Positions 9,472-18,086 of a DNA stretch of 64,000 nt are shown here, piece after piece (the stretch's first letter is position 1; each line of letters begins with the position of its first letter). Under the pieces are notes generated by a model. It did no database searches. It was not told the DNA's origin and saw nothing but the letters and a program-made list of their open reading frames with translations. A program made the translations under genes and the position numbers. The DNA is from Microgenomates group bacterium Gr01-1014_5 (GTDB lineage Bacteria > Patescibacteriota > Microgenomatia > UBA8517 > UBA10165), in the NCBI GenBank assembly GCA_007376395.1, contig VMGE01000001.1:25635-89634 (forward strand), read 5' to 3'.

Positions 9472-10053
9472 ATGGACATACAAAGACCCCTATCAAAACA
9501 ACCGCTCCCAAAAGAAGCAAAAAGAGTCTTTAAAGGGGTGATTTTTGACGTTTATCAATGGCAGCAAAAAATGTTTGACGGGAGTGTGCAAACGTTTGAA
9601 AAGCTTAAAAGAAAAGATACGGTCATTATCATTCCAATTACAGAAGAAGGTAAGATAATTTTAATCGAACAAGAACAGCCTGCTAGAAATCCCTTTATTG
9701 GTCTTGCCGGAGGCAGAATAAATGAAGGTGAAAATATAGAAACTGCTGCTTGTCGTGAATTACTCGAAGAAACAGGTTATGAGACTGACGAGCTAGTATT
9801 TTGGGACGCAATTCAGCCTGTAGGTAAAATTGAATGGTCGGTTTTTACTTTTATAGCTAAAAATTGCAGAAGGGTTAACGAGCCGCAATTAGATGCGGGA
9901 GAAAAAATGCGTCTTAAATTTGTTACTTTCGACGAGTTTGTAGAAATTGTTACGGATAACGGATTTGATGATTTAGAAATAGTAATGAAAGTAATGCGTG
10001 CCAAGCTTAACTCCAAAAAAATGGAAGATTTGAGAAAGTTATTTCTTTCCTAA
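9472..10053 (+). CDS. NUDIX hydrolase (ADP-ribose pyrophosphatase-like)
   Basis: Nudix box GGRINEGENIETAACRELLEETGY. Confidence 0.8.
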   Translation: MDIQRPLSKQPLPKEAKRVFKGVIFDVYQWQQKMFDGSVQTFEKLKRKDTVIIIPITEEGKIILIEQEQPARNPFIGLAGGRINEGENIETAACRELLEETGYETDELVFWDAIQPVGKIEWSVFTFIAKNCRRVNEPQLDAGEKMRLKFVTFDEFVEIVTDNGFDDLEIVMKVMRAKLNSKKMEDLRKLFLS

Positions 10054-10181
10054 CCCCCTCAGGTTAGTCAGGTTTTCACGCCCAACCGGTTAGATACAGG
10101 TGAGATATAGCTCAAGTACGCTTGTTTCTCCTGGGTTATTCTTTACTCATACATATAAGCAACAGCTTGTTTGTAAAACAA

Positions 10182-10391
10182 ATGAAACAACTAATTAAAA
10201 ATATTCAAGATTGGCTTTTGGAAGACGGCAGATGCACAGGTTGCGGGAATGCTCTGGCAGAAGGAGTCAAGGAAAGATACGGAAACGAAATGTATATTAT
10301 CTGTAATTGTCTAAGGCTTTATGTCTATGATCGGCAATTGAAAGTATTTACCAAATGTGATTCAGAGTGCAGTCTTAGACAGGAGGGTTAA
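10182..10391 (+). CDS. small Cys-rich (zinc-ribbon-like) hypothetical protein
   Basis: CTGCGN...CNCL...CDSEC. The track ORF begins at TTG 10122; ATG at 10182 is the more likely start. Confidence 0.3.
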   Translation: MKQLIKNIQDWLLEDGRCTGCGNALAEGVKERYGNEMYIICNCLRLYVYDRQLKVFTKCDSECSLRQEG

Positions 10392-10442
10392 ATAACTATG
10401 GAAAGATCACCGCCTAAATAAATTTCACTTTAGTTCCAAGCA

Positions 10443-10480
10443 TGAATCCACCGCGCGCTCAGCGAGGTGGATTTTCTTTT
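10443..10480 (+). terminator. rho-independent terminator (hairpin + T-run)
   Basis: atccacc-gcgcgctcagcga-ggtggat followed by tttctttt. Confidence 0.5.
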
Positions 10481-10481
10481 G

Positions 10482-10553
10482 GGAGACGTAGGGGAATCGA
10501 ACCCCCGCCGATAGCTCCACAAGCTACCGTGCTACCATTACACCAACGCCTCC
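10482..10553 (-). tRNA. tRNA-His (anticodon GTG) with encoded G-1; no encoded CCA
   Basis: rc reads G(-1)GAGGCGT..GTGT/GCAC D-stem..anticodon loop TTGTGGA..TTCGATT..ACGTCTC-C73. Confidence 0.85.
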
Positions 10554-10623
10554 ATACAAATCGCTAACGTATTTTAGCACATTTTAGCCTTTTTCTTGTC
10601 TTGGGAGCCTCGGGTATTGTGTT

Positions 10624-11388
10624 TTAAGCCTGCTGAGAACCTTGTGACGATAACTTTGCATATTTGACTTGCGGTGTTTTTCTGGCAGTGTCAATGAGCC
10701 AACCAAGAACAGTTCTCGTGTATCCCCTTTCGTCAAAACGGCGGGAGGAAAGCTGGTTAATCATCTTCAAGTTGACCACTCCCTTTAGTTCTGGTCTTAC
10801 CCAAAATTTCTGGCTTATCCAGTAATCTTCGCCAATTACAGGTTCAAACCCTCCCAGACTAAGGAAAACATCTTTCTTAATCGCCAAATTATTACCTACA
10901 AGAAAAGTTTGCGAAAAAATCCTGTCATCCAAGACAACACAGCTATAGGCAAGAAGAGTGTACAAGTTATACCACACTTCTTTAAAGCTGTTGTCGTGCT
11001 GAAATATATTTAAGCCTGAAACGGCTGAGATGCGCGGATCTTTTAATGATTTTAAAGCTTCCTCCAGCCAATTTGGGCACATTTGACCATCGGCATCGAT
11101 AAAGCAGATAATATCTCCTCTGGACGCATGTGCGCCGGCGTTTCGAGCCTTACTAAGGCCTTGTGCGCCTTCCCAGACGACCATACAACCCAAACTTCTT
11201 GCCACTTCCGCTGTTTCGTCGCGGCTATTGTTGTCAACTACAATAATTTCGTCAAAAGGTTGAGTTTGAGCTTTTAGAGCAGAAACACACTCAGGAAGAC
11301 GTTTTCCTTCATTAAAGGCGGGTATGATAACTGAAGTTCTGATTCGTTCCACTAAATTTTGTGACCCCGGGAGGACTCGAACCTCCAA
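10624..11388 (-). CDS. family 2 glycosyltransferase (GT-A, DxD)
   Basis: SVIIPAFNEG...IIVVDNNSRDET...FIDADGQ. The 5' end of the track ORF overlaps tRNA-Arg(TCT) (11362-11435), so the true start is probably internal (about 11340). Confidence 0.75.
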   Translation of the reverse strand: MEVRVLPGSQNLVERIRTSVIIPAFNEGKRLPECVSALKAQTQPFDEIIVVDNNSRDETAEVARSLGCMVVWEGAQGLSKARNAGAHASRGDIICFIDADGQMCPNWLEEALKSLKDPRISAVSGLNIFQHDNSFKEVWYNLYTLLAYSCVVLDDRIFSQTFLVGNNLAIKKDVFLSLGGFEPVIGEDYWISQKFWVRPELKGVVNLKMINQLSSRRFDERGYTRTVLGWLIDTARKTPQVKYAKLSSQGSQQA

Positions 11389-11435
11389 CCTAGAGTTTAG
11401 AACACTCCCACTCTATCCAGTTGAGCTACGGGGTC
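11362..11435 (-). tRNA. tRNA-Arg (anticodon TCT)
   Basis: rc: GACCCCG-TA-GCTCAACTGGATAGAGT..anticodon loop GTTCTAA..GGAGG-TTCGAGT-CCTCC-CGGGGTC-A. Confidence 0.8.
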
Positions 11436-11719
11436 TTGTTAACTCCGATCCGATCGGAATTAACCAATGCTTCAATATACTTCCTACTTTTATAAGATTT
11501 CAATTGCCGTTCTCTTAACCTAGCTTCTAATATATTATCGTATTCTTCGGTATAAGCAAGTGTAAATGTCTTTAAAACTTTAGTTGTTCGAGTATGTCCG
11601 CCTTTGTGTTGCTTTAGCCTTCGTTCAAGATTGTTAGTCGAACCAACATAATACCTGCCCGTTTTGTCGTTTCTCGAAATATACAACCAGCCCCTCGTTT
11701 TGTGATATTTATCCGACAA
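11426..11719 (-). CDS. GIY-YIG nuclease family small protein (cassette 1)
   Basis: GWLYISRNDKTGRYYVGSTNNLERRLKQH (GIY...YVG...R..H). Confidence 0.8.
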   Translation of the reverse strand: MSDKYHKTRGWLYISRNDKTGRYYVGSTNNLERRLKQHKGGHTRTTKVLKTFTLAYTEEYDNILEARLRERQLKSYKSRKYIEALVNSDRIGVNKTP

Positions 11720-11773
11720 GGTCGGATCCAGTTGACCCCGATCATATCGGGGTTAACCCCGATTTAATCGGGG

Positions 11774-11788
11774 TTGAGCTACGGGGTC
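11774..11788. repeat. 15-bp direct repeat (ttgagctacggggtc) duplicating the 5' end of tRNA-Arg(TCT) (first copy 11421-11435); brackets GIY-YIG cassette 1
   Basis: Identical 15-mer at 11421-11435 and 11774-11788. Palindromic hairpins CCCCGAT-cat-ATCGGGG and CCCCGAT-tta-ATCGGGG lie between. Confidence 0.6.
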
Positions 11789-11890
11789 AATATTGGTATT
11801 TTACCAAATTTGAACGTATAAATCGAGTAACGCCTTTAATACCAATAGAAAGACTAGCCTATAATTCTATTTTTTGCTATAATTACACCC

Positions 11891-12607
11891 GTGTCTATAG
11901 AAGGAACTATTGTACCGACGAAGCCAGAGGGCGAAAAATGCACTGCAGAAGTTATGATCGCCATGCCTGATGGGTTATTAATACAGGGTTTAAAAATGCT
12001 TTTGGAAGCAAGAGGTGTTCAAGTTGGCAAGTTATGTTCGGATGCTAAAGACATAGACAAAATACTAGAATGTGCACCAACACCCGGAATACTTCTTGTA
12101 GACACTGATCTTCCTAACTTAAACCTCGTATCGTTATCAAAAAGCATAAAAGGCGGCAGAACAAAAATTATTCTTCTGGGTGAATTCTTTCATCCTGCAG
12201 GGCTTAGACTATATCAAAAGTTTGGTGTAAACAATGCAGTATTAAAATCTGATTCGGCTGACGATCTTGTAAAGACTATTTTGGGAACAAGAAACGGATC
12301 TTTATACAGAAGTCCCCGAATTGCAGAAGCGTATAGACTTGCAAACGCACAGGTCGAGACAATTGAGACAATCACCTTACGTGAGGCAGAGGTGCTAAGA
12401 CTAATTGTTAGACTTTATACAAACAAACAAATAGCCGTTATTTTGAAAATTAGTGTTAAAACAGTGGAAACACACCGTTCCCATATTCTAGATAAGACAG
12501 GTAACCCAAATTTAGCGAAGTTAACTGATATGGCTAACTGCTTAATAATCACAGCAGAACAAAAACCAGGTGGAAAAAGAGAACATTATGAATACGGTCA
12601 AAAGTAG
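11891..12607 (+). CDS. LuxR/FixJ-type response regulator (receiver-like domain + GerE HTH)
   Basis: ILLVDTDLPNLN receiver-like segment; C-terminal LTLREAEVLRLIVRLYTNKQIAVILKISVKTVETHRSHIL is a LuxR HTH. GTG start. Confidence 0.65.
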   Translation: MSIEGTIVPTKPEGEKCTAEVMIAMPDGLLIQGLKMLLEARGVQVGKLCSDAKDIDKILECAPTPGILLVDTDLPNLNLVSLSKSIKGGRTKIILLGEFFHPAGLRLYQKFGVNNAVLKSDSADDLVKTILGTRNGSLYRSPRIAEAYRLANAQVETIETITLREAEVLRLIVRLYTNKQIAVILKISVKTVETHRSHILDKTGNPNLAKLTDMANCLIITAEQKPGGKREHYEYGQK

Positions 12608-12644
12608 CCTAAAAGTATAGGAGTAAAATATATTATTTCAACCT

Positions 12645-12725
12645 GAGCGGGAGATGCAAGTTATTCCGAACTCTTTCTCCCACACACCCTATCTCATTTT
12701 AGCAACTTAATGGTAACCTATCAAG
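12645..12725 (+). repeat. 81-nt repeat element, copy A (about 88% identical to copy B at 14016-14096); candidate cis-regulatory leader
   Basis: gagcgggagaYgcaagttattccgaactctttctccc... contains the stem GGGAGA/TCTCCC; lies about 30 nt upstream of the 12758 start codon. Confidence 0.5.
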
Positions 12726-12757
12726 CTAAGAATGCTACTGTTTGATATAATCTACGC

Positions 12758-13615
12758 ATGCTAGAACAACACGTGGGTCCAAAACTTCTAACCTATTCAA
12801 AAGAGTGGGCTACATACACAGATAAATACACGGCTTATCTTCGTTTCATTAATAAAGTAGTGGGATCAACTAGTTCTGTCTACACACAATTTGAATATAC
12901 AGGAATATTCTTAGCACTTCTTGAAAATTCCGATAACAACCCACAATTAAGGAATCTACGTGGTCAAATAGAAACTGCGCCTAATCCTAGCACTGTTGCA
13001 CAAGAAGCCTTAACTTGTCTTCCCTTTGACGGTATAAGAATTATGGAAATTGGCGGCCCTTTCGGGCAAATTTTGCACGCCATGGGTGCGGAGGTTTGGT
13101 GTGTAGATCCGGATATTGAAGGGGAAAGTGGGTGGCAGAAATTAAATTGGACATATTCACCCACTAGCAGAGCCCATCTTTACCATGCTGTCCCTCACAG
13201 AATAACTTTCGTAAACTGGGAAACGCTTATTAGAGAGAGAAATTTTGATGCTATATATTCTAGTGATGTGTTGAGTACGAATAGTGGTGCCTCAAGCGAC
13301 TGGAGAAAACACCTCCCTGATTTTAGTGGTGATTATCACGAAGCTCAAGCGGAGTGGGTAAGAGTAACTACGAAAAACAAGTCTCTCGAAGCACTGGCAA
13401 GAAAAGAAATATTCCTTGTTTCAGCACTCGCCTCTAAAAAAGGTGGACTTGTAATGCACAAGGGGGATGCTCTTGCAGAAATTAGACCAATCGCGCCAGA
13501 GGCAGGATTGGATCTTATAGAGAAAAGATTTGATTATTTATTTGATAGTCAAACAAGGCAACCTTATGATGGTGCTGAATTATTGGTCTTTAGAAAACAA
13601 AGAGATGGGGTTTGA
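12758..13615 (+). CDS. class I SAM-dependent methyltransferase-like protein
   Basis: Motif I-like RIMEIGGPFGQ...VWCVDPD and post-I FDAIYSSDVL. Confidence 0.45.
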   Translation: MLEQHVGPKLLTYSKEWATYTDKYTAYLRFINKVVGSTSSVYTQFEYTGIFLALLENSDNNPQLRNLRGQIETAPNPSTVAQEALTCLPFDGIRIMEIGGPFGQILHAMGAEVWCVDPDIEGESGWQKLNWTYSPTSRAHLYHAVPHRITFVNWETLIRERNFDAIYSSDVLSTNSGASSDWRKHLPDFSGDYHEAQAEWVRVTTKNKSLEALARKEIFLVSALASKKGGLVMHKGDALAEIRPIAPEAGLDLIEKRFDYLFDSQTRQPYDGAELLVFRKQRDGV

Positions 13616-13703
13616 ACCAAAGTGAAGCTAGAAGAGTCTAAAAATATTAGAGAGAGACGGGAAACCCTAGTATTTATAAAATTTTCAAGGCTAAATTTTG
13701 AAT

Positions 13704-13955
13704 TTAATCAATTATAGGAGCTAGTATTTTTCTTAGCTGTCTTCTACCCCAAGAAGTTTTAAGATACTCTTCTCTTTTAAGAGCTTCGAGTCTATTCGGA
13801 TACTCTTCCTTGTAAATTAATTTAAACGGAATTCTGTGTCTTGTAGATTGAACCTGACCTGTATTGTGATCCTGAAGTCTTCTTTCTATATTATTAGTGC
13901 AACCAACATAAGTTCTTTTATCTTTAAGACTTTGCAAAACATATACCGTACACAC
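13704..13955 (-). CDS. GIY-YIG nuclease family small protein (cassette 2)
   Basis: VYVLQSLKDKRTYVGCTNNIERRLQDHN. Confidence 0.8.
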   Translation of the reverse strand: MCTVYVLQSLKDKRTYVGCTNNIERRLQDHNTGQVQSTRHRIPFKLIYKEEYPNRLEALKREEYLKTSWGRRQLRKILAPIID

Positions 13956-14015
13956 ACGTTTAGTTTAATGAGTCCGTCTCCTCGTCCGCCTTTGGCGAGA
14001 CGGGGACGAGACTAT

Positions 14016-14096
14016 GAGCGGGAGACGCAAGTTATTCCGAACTCTTTCTCCCTCACATCCTAGCTCATTTTAACAGGTTAATGGAAGCCTATCAAG
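14016..14096 (+). repeat. 81-nt repeat element, copy B; directly upstream (with SD aaggagg) of the PLD nuclease gene
   Basis: See copy A; ends 15 nt before ATG 14112. Confidence 0.5.
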
Positions 14097-14111
14097 TCGA
14101 AAAGGAGGAAA

Positions 14112-14570
14112 ATGGATCGTTCTAACGCTCTAAATACCTCTTCTTTGTTTGATGAGGCTACTTTCTATAAAAAGTTCCTTAAAGACTTGGCATATTGTAG
14201 CCATGAATTAATTATAGAAAGCCCATATATCACATCCGGAAGGATGAAAACCTTATGGCCTACCCTAAAAAAGTTACTTGGCAGAGGTGTCAAAATCTAT
14301 TTTCTTACCAGAGACCCTAGAGAACACGAATTAGGCATGGAGTATCAGTCGGAAGATGAAATTAGGTACTGTGAAGAGCTTGGAATACAAGTTTTACTGT
14401 GCGCTGGTAATCACCACCGAAAACTAGCTATTCTTGATAGAAAGGTGCTTTGGGAAGGTAGCCTTAACATTCTCTCTCAGGCGCACAGTCGTGAGATTAT
14501 GAGAAGAATTGAAGGAAAAGAAATGGCACTTCAGATGTTTAATTTTTTGAGGCTGGATAATTTTATCTAG
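14112..14570 (+). CDS. single-HKD phospholipase D-family nuclease (Nuc/DrmC-like)
   Basis: Perfect HxKx4Dx6GSxN: NHHRKLAILDRKVLWEGSLN. Confidence 0.7.
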   Translation: MDRSNALNTSSLFDEATFYKKFLKDLAYCSHELIIESPYITSGRMKTLWPTLKKLLGRGVKIYFLTRDPREHELGMEYQSEDEIRYCEELGIQVLLCAGNHHRKLAILDRKVLWEGSLNILSQAHSREIMRRIEGKEMALQMFNFLRLDNFI

Positions 14571-14779
14571 CTGACTACAAACTTCGTTTTCAAGGCTCTT
14601 GCGATACTCTCCAGTATTTCAAAAGAGGGATTTACCTCTCCTCTTTCGATACGAGCATAATAATTTACATGGACACCGGCTTTCTCGGCAACTTCTACTT
14701 GAGTTAATTTAGCCTGTTTTCTAGCCTTTTTTATGGTTTTTCCTAGTTGATCTTGTGACCCCATATTTGGATTATACAA
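14567..14779 (-). CDS. XRE-family HTH transcriptional regulator
   Basis: LGKTIKKARKQAKLTQVEVAEKAGVHVNYYARIERGEVNPSFEIL. Divergent from the helicase operon. Confidence 0.75.
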   Translation of the reverse strand: MYNPNMGSQDQLGKTIKKARKQAKLTQVEVAEKAGVHVNYYARIERGEVNPSFEILESIARALKTKFVVS

Positions 14780-14802
14780 CTTTTGTGGATAGTTTGCTTC
14801 TG

Positions 14803-14832
14803 TCTTATAGGCAGAGTTTCTGCTAAAATTGA
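14803..14832 (+). promoter_or_regulatory. 30-nt promoter/operator motif (TCTTATAgGCagaGTTTCTGCTAAAATTGA) upstream of the SNF2 operon; second copy at 24524-24553
   Basis: Extended -10 TGCTAAAAT. Near-identical 30-mer 11 nt before the 2TM/NTase operon start. Confidence 0.5.
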
Positions 14833-14864
14833 TCTGGTTTGTACCTTTTTAAGAATTTTAAGAT

Positions 14865-17800
14865 ATGTCGCAGTTTTTACGAAGCTATTTAGCTACAAAA
14901 CTTACTTTAAGGCGTTCAATTACTGACCCTGAAAAGTTAAATACCAGTATAAGGTCAGCAAATGTAGATTTAAACCCTCATCAAGTTGACTCCGCCGTAT
15001 TTGCGTTTAATAGTCCTCTCTCAAGGGGCGCCATTCTTGCTGATGAAGTCGGATTAGGTAAAACAATTGAGGCAGGACTTATTATTAATCAATTATGGGT
15101 CGAGGGGCAAAGAAAAATATTAATCCTAGTACCTGCATCTTTGCGAACTCAATGGGCAGATGAACTTAGAGATAAGTTTGGACTTGATTCTACAATTCTA
15201 GATTCCAAAATACTGAAACAATTACAACAATCTACCGATTCGTTTAATCCTCTTGATAATCCCAAAATCTTTATAGCTTCTCATAATTTTGCATATAAAA
15301 ACGAATTACATGTTAAAAAAACACCTTGGGATTTAGTAGTTATTGATGAAGCACACAGAATGAGAAATGTTTATAGGAAGGGTAACAAAACTGCAAAAAA
15401 ACTCAGAGAGACTATTTTAGGAAGACCAAAATTATTATTAACAGCAACTCCTTTACAAAATAGCTTAATGGAATTATTCGGCCTCGTTAGTTTTATTGAT
15501 GAAAAATATTTAGGCGACCCTGACTCTTTCAAATTTTTATATGTACAGCAACGAGGCACTAATAATGAGGCACAAAGGACTAAATTATCAGATCTTAGGG
15601 AGAGATTAATGGGGATAATTGATAAAAACACTGGCGAAACAGAGGGTGGAATAATGACTAGAACTCTTAGAAAACAGGTTAGAGGTTTAATCCCATTTAC
15701 CAATAGATTCAATATCACAGAAGATTTTAATCCAAATGACGACGAGGTAGAACTCTATAACAGCGTAAGTGATTATATTCAAAGACCTCTTCTAGCTTCT
15801 ACTAAGGCAACACAACGACACATGATGGAACTTGTTTATAGAAAAATATTAGCAAGCTCGTCGTTTGCTATTGCCGGAACTCTATTTCGGGTATCTCAAT
15901 TTCTAGCTAAAAGGTTGCAAAAGGAACACAAGGTTCAGATTGAAGAATTACAAGCCGTAGCCGATTTAGTATTAGTTGATGCCGACCAAAGGTTTGGCAG
16001 AAAATTTGATAAATTCGAAGTCGAAAAAGTTGAGGAAGTAGTTGAAGAAGAACAATTATCAATATTAAACGATATTGAGCTCTCGCTTGATGATTTAGAA
16101 GAAGAGGAAGGAGACGCTATTCAGGATGAACTAACAAAAATTGAAGAGGGCGAAGATTCCCCTAAGGAGTTGGAGGAAATACAAGAGAGAGAAATTGATC
16201 ACAAGTTTTCAAAAGAGGAAATTATTAGTGAATTTAAAGATGTTCTTGGCTACTACTTACTTGCTACTTCAATCGATAAAAATCAAAAAAGCCAATCATT
16301 GATTAGAGCGTTAAAAAAAGTTTTCGATCATGCTGAAAAAAAGAATTGGCCTAAAAAAGCAGTAATCTTTACCGAGTCGCGCAGGACTCAAGACCACCTC
16401 GAAAACATATTATCTCTGGCTGGTTATGAAGATAATATTATCTTGTTTAATGGTTCTAATGCCGGTAAAAAAGCAAAAGATATTTATCAAGAATGGGCTA
16501 ACGAGTTTCCTGACGAAGCAGAGAAAAATCCAAAATCTATTAGTTTGAGAAAAGCGTTAGTTTGGAAATTCAGAACCTTAAAAGAAGCTATTTTAATCAC
16601 TACTGAGGCTGGTGCAGAAGGTATTAATTTACAATTTTGTAATATTGTAGTGAATTATGACCTTCCTTGGAATCCTCAAAGGATAGAGCAAAGAATAGGA
16701 AGATGTCATAGATACGGACAGGAATTAGATGTATTAGTTATTAATTTTCTCAATAAAAGAAATTATGCGGATGAAAGAGTTTATGAATTACTACGAGAAA
16801 AAATAAAGCTATTTGGAAACTTGTTTGATTTTAGCGACAAAATCCTTGGAACTGAAGAGCAAACTGATGATGGTTATGAAGTTAGAGAAATTGCATTGGG
16901 TTCTTTAGATAGTGGCGTTGGATTTGAACGAAAGGTGCTTAATATCTATCAAAAATGCAGAACCAAAGTTCAAATAGAGAAGGAATTTAATCAATTAGAG
17001 TTAGATTTGTCGAGTGAGATAGAAGAAAAATTTGAAAATACACAAAGAAAAGTTATCCAACACTTCGATGAAGAAGTTAGGGCTAAATTAAGGATTAGAA
17101 ATCAAAAAATATCTGAAATGCTTAACTCTTTTGATAGAGATTTAGAGCGTTATATTAAGCTAGTTTTTAACTCTGGACTAAGGCAAATTGATGAACATAG
17201 ATTTGAAGTTAAGCATGTCCCTAAAGATATTGAGAAGTCTGATATTAAAAATCTGGTTGGAAAAATATTAGGAATTGGGGTAGTTACAGATATCGAAAGA
17301 CAAAAAGGTGTACTACCAATACACACAGAAACACAATATTTTTCTGATTTACTTAAAAAAGATGCCAAAGATAAGGATTTTATTTATAAGATTACCTTTA
17401 GCCATGACGGTGAGTCAAAGCGCTTAGATTTTAAAGATATTCATGGGAGGAATGGATTATTGAGCATTGTAAAAGTAGTTTGCCGTAGAAAAACAATAAA
17501 TAATATTGATGAAGTATTTGAAGAATTAGTTTTTACTTGCTTAGTAAAAGATGAAGCATCTTGGGCACTTCCTACAAAAGTTGAGGATGGAAAAGGCTGG
17601 AGTAACATTGGGAGTTATAAAGCAGAAAAAATAGTAAATTTATTGGTTAAAAATGAAAAACAAGCAGAATTTGAGATTCCTAATATTCTCAAAATATGTT
17701 CAGAAGAGAATATAAATTTAAAGAAGGAAGAGTTTATTGAGAAAAACCAAGGTTTTATAGAAAAAATGCGCGATCAATTAAATCAATATAGCGATGATGT

Positions 17801-18086
17801 TCTATTAAGATTCAAAAGAGAGATGGACGAAAGAGAGGAAGAAATTAGGGCGCTAGAAAGAAGTATGAAAGGCTCTAAGACGACAGGATTTCATGAACGA
17901 CAACAAATTCAGCAAGATATAGATAAAAAGCAACGACAATATGCCCAAGCAGTCAAGAAACACGCAGAAATGCAGTTGGGTTTATTCAACGATAAAGATA
18001 AGAGTTTAAAAGATTTAGAAAAAAAATTGACCTTAGGTTTTGAACTAGTACAATTGGCAACAATTTCATTTACAATTGAATCATGA
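14865..18086 (+). CDS. SNF2/RAD54-family SF2 helicase (DrmD-like), long C-terminal extension
   Basis: Motif I ADEVGLGKTIEAG, II VVIDEAHRMRN, III LLLTATPLQNS, V-VI TEAGAEGINLQ...YDLPWNPQRIEQRIGRCHRYGQ. Stop overlaps the next start (ATGA). Confidence 0.85.
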   Translation: MSQFLRSYLATKLTLRRSITDPEKLNTSIRSANVDLNPHQVDSAVFAFNSPLSRGAILADEVGLGKTIEAGLIINQLWVEGQRKILILVPASLRTQWADELRDKFGLDSTILDSKILKQLQQSTDSFNPLDNPKIFIASHNFAYKNELHVKKTPWDLVVIDEAHRMRNVYRKGNKTAKKLRETILGRPKLLLTATPLQNSLMELFGLVSFIDEKYLGDPDSFKFLYVQQRGTNNEAQRTKLSDLRERLMGIIDKNTGETEGGIMTRTLRKQVRGLIPFTNRFNITEDFNPNDDEVELYNSVSDYIQRPLLASTKATQRHMMELVYRKILASSSFAIAGTLFRVSQFLAKRLQKEHKVQIEELQAVADLVLVDADQRFGRKFDKFEVEKVEEVVEEEQLSILNDIELSLDDLEEEEGDAIQDELTKIEEGEDSPKELEEIQEREIDHKFSKEEIISEFKDVLGYYLLATSIDKNQKSQSLIRALKKVFDHAEKKNWPKKAVIFTESRRTQDHLENILSLAGYEDNIILFNGSNAGKKAKDIYQEWANEFPDEAEKNPKSISLRKALVWKFRTLKEAILITTEAGAEGINLQFCNIVVNYDLPWNPQRIEQRIGRCHRYGQELDVLVINFLNKRNYADERVYELLREKIKLFGNLFDFSDKILGTEEQTDDGYEVREIALGSLDSGVGFERKVLNIYQKCRTKVQIEKEFNQLELDLSSEIEEKFENTQRKVIQHFDEEVRAKLRIRNQKISEMLNSFDRDLERYIKLVFNSGLRQIDEHRFEVKHVPKDIEKSDIKNLVGKILGIGVVTDIERQKGVLPIHTETQYFSDLLKKDAKDKDFIYKITFSHDGESKRLDFKDIHGRNGLLSIVKVVCRRKTINNIDEVFEELVFTCLVKDEASWALPTKVEDGKGWSNIGSYKAEKIVNLLVKNEKQAEFEIPNILKICSEENINLKKEEFIEKNQGFIEKMRDQLNQYSDDVLLRFKREMDEREEEIRALERSMKGSKTTGFHERQQIQQDIDKKQRQYAQAVKKHAEMQLGLFNDKDKSLKDLEKKLTLGFELVQLATISFTIES

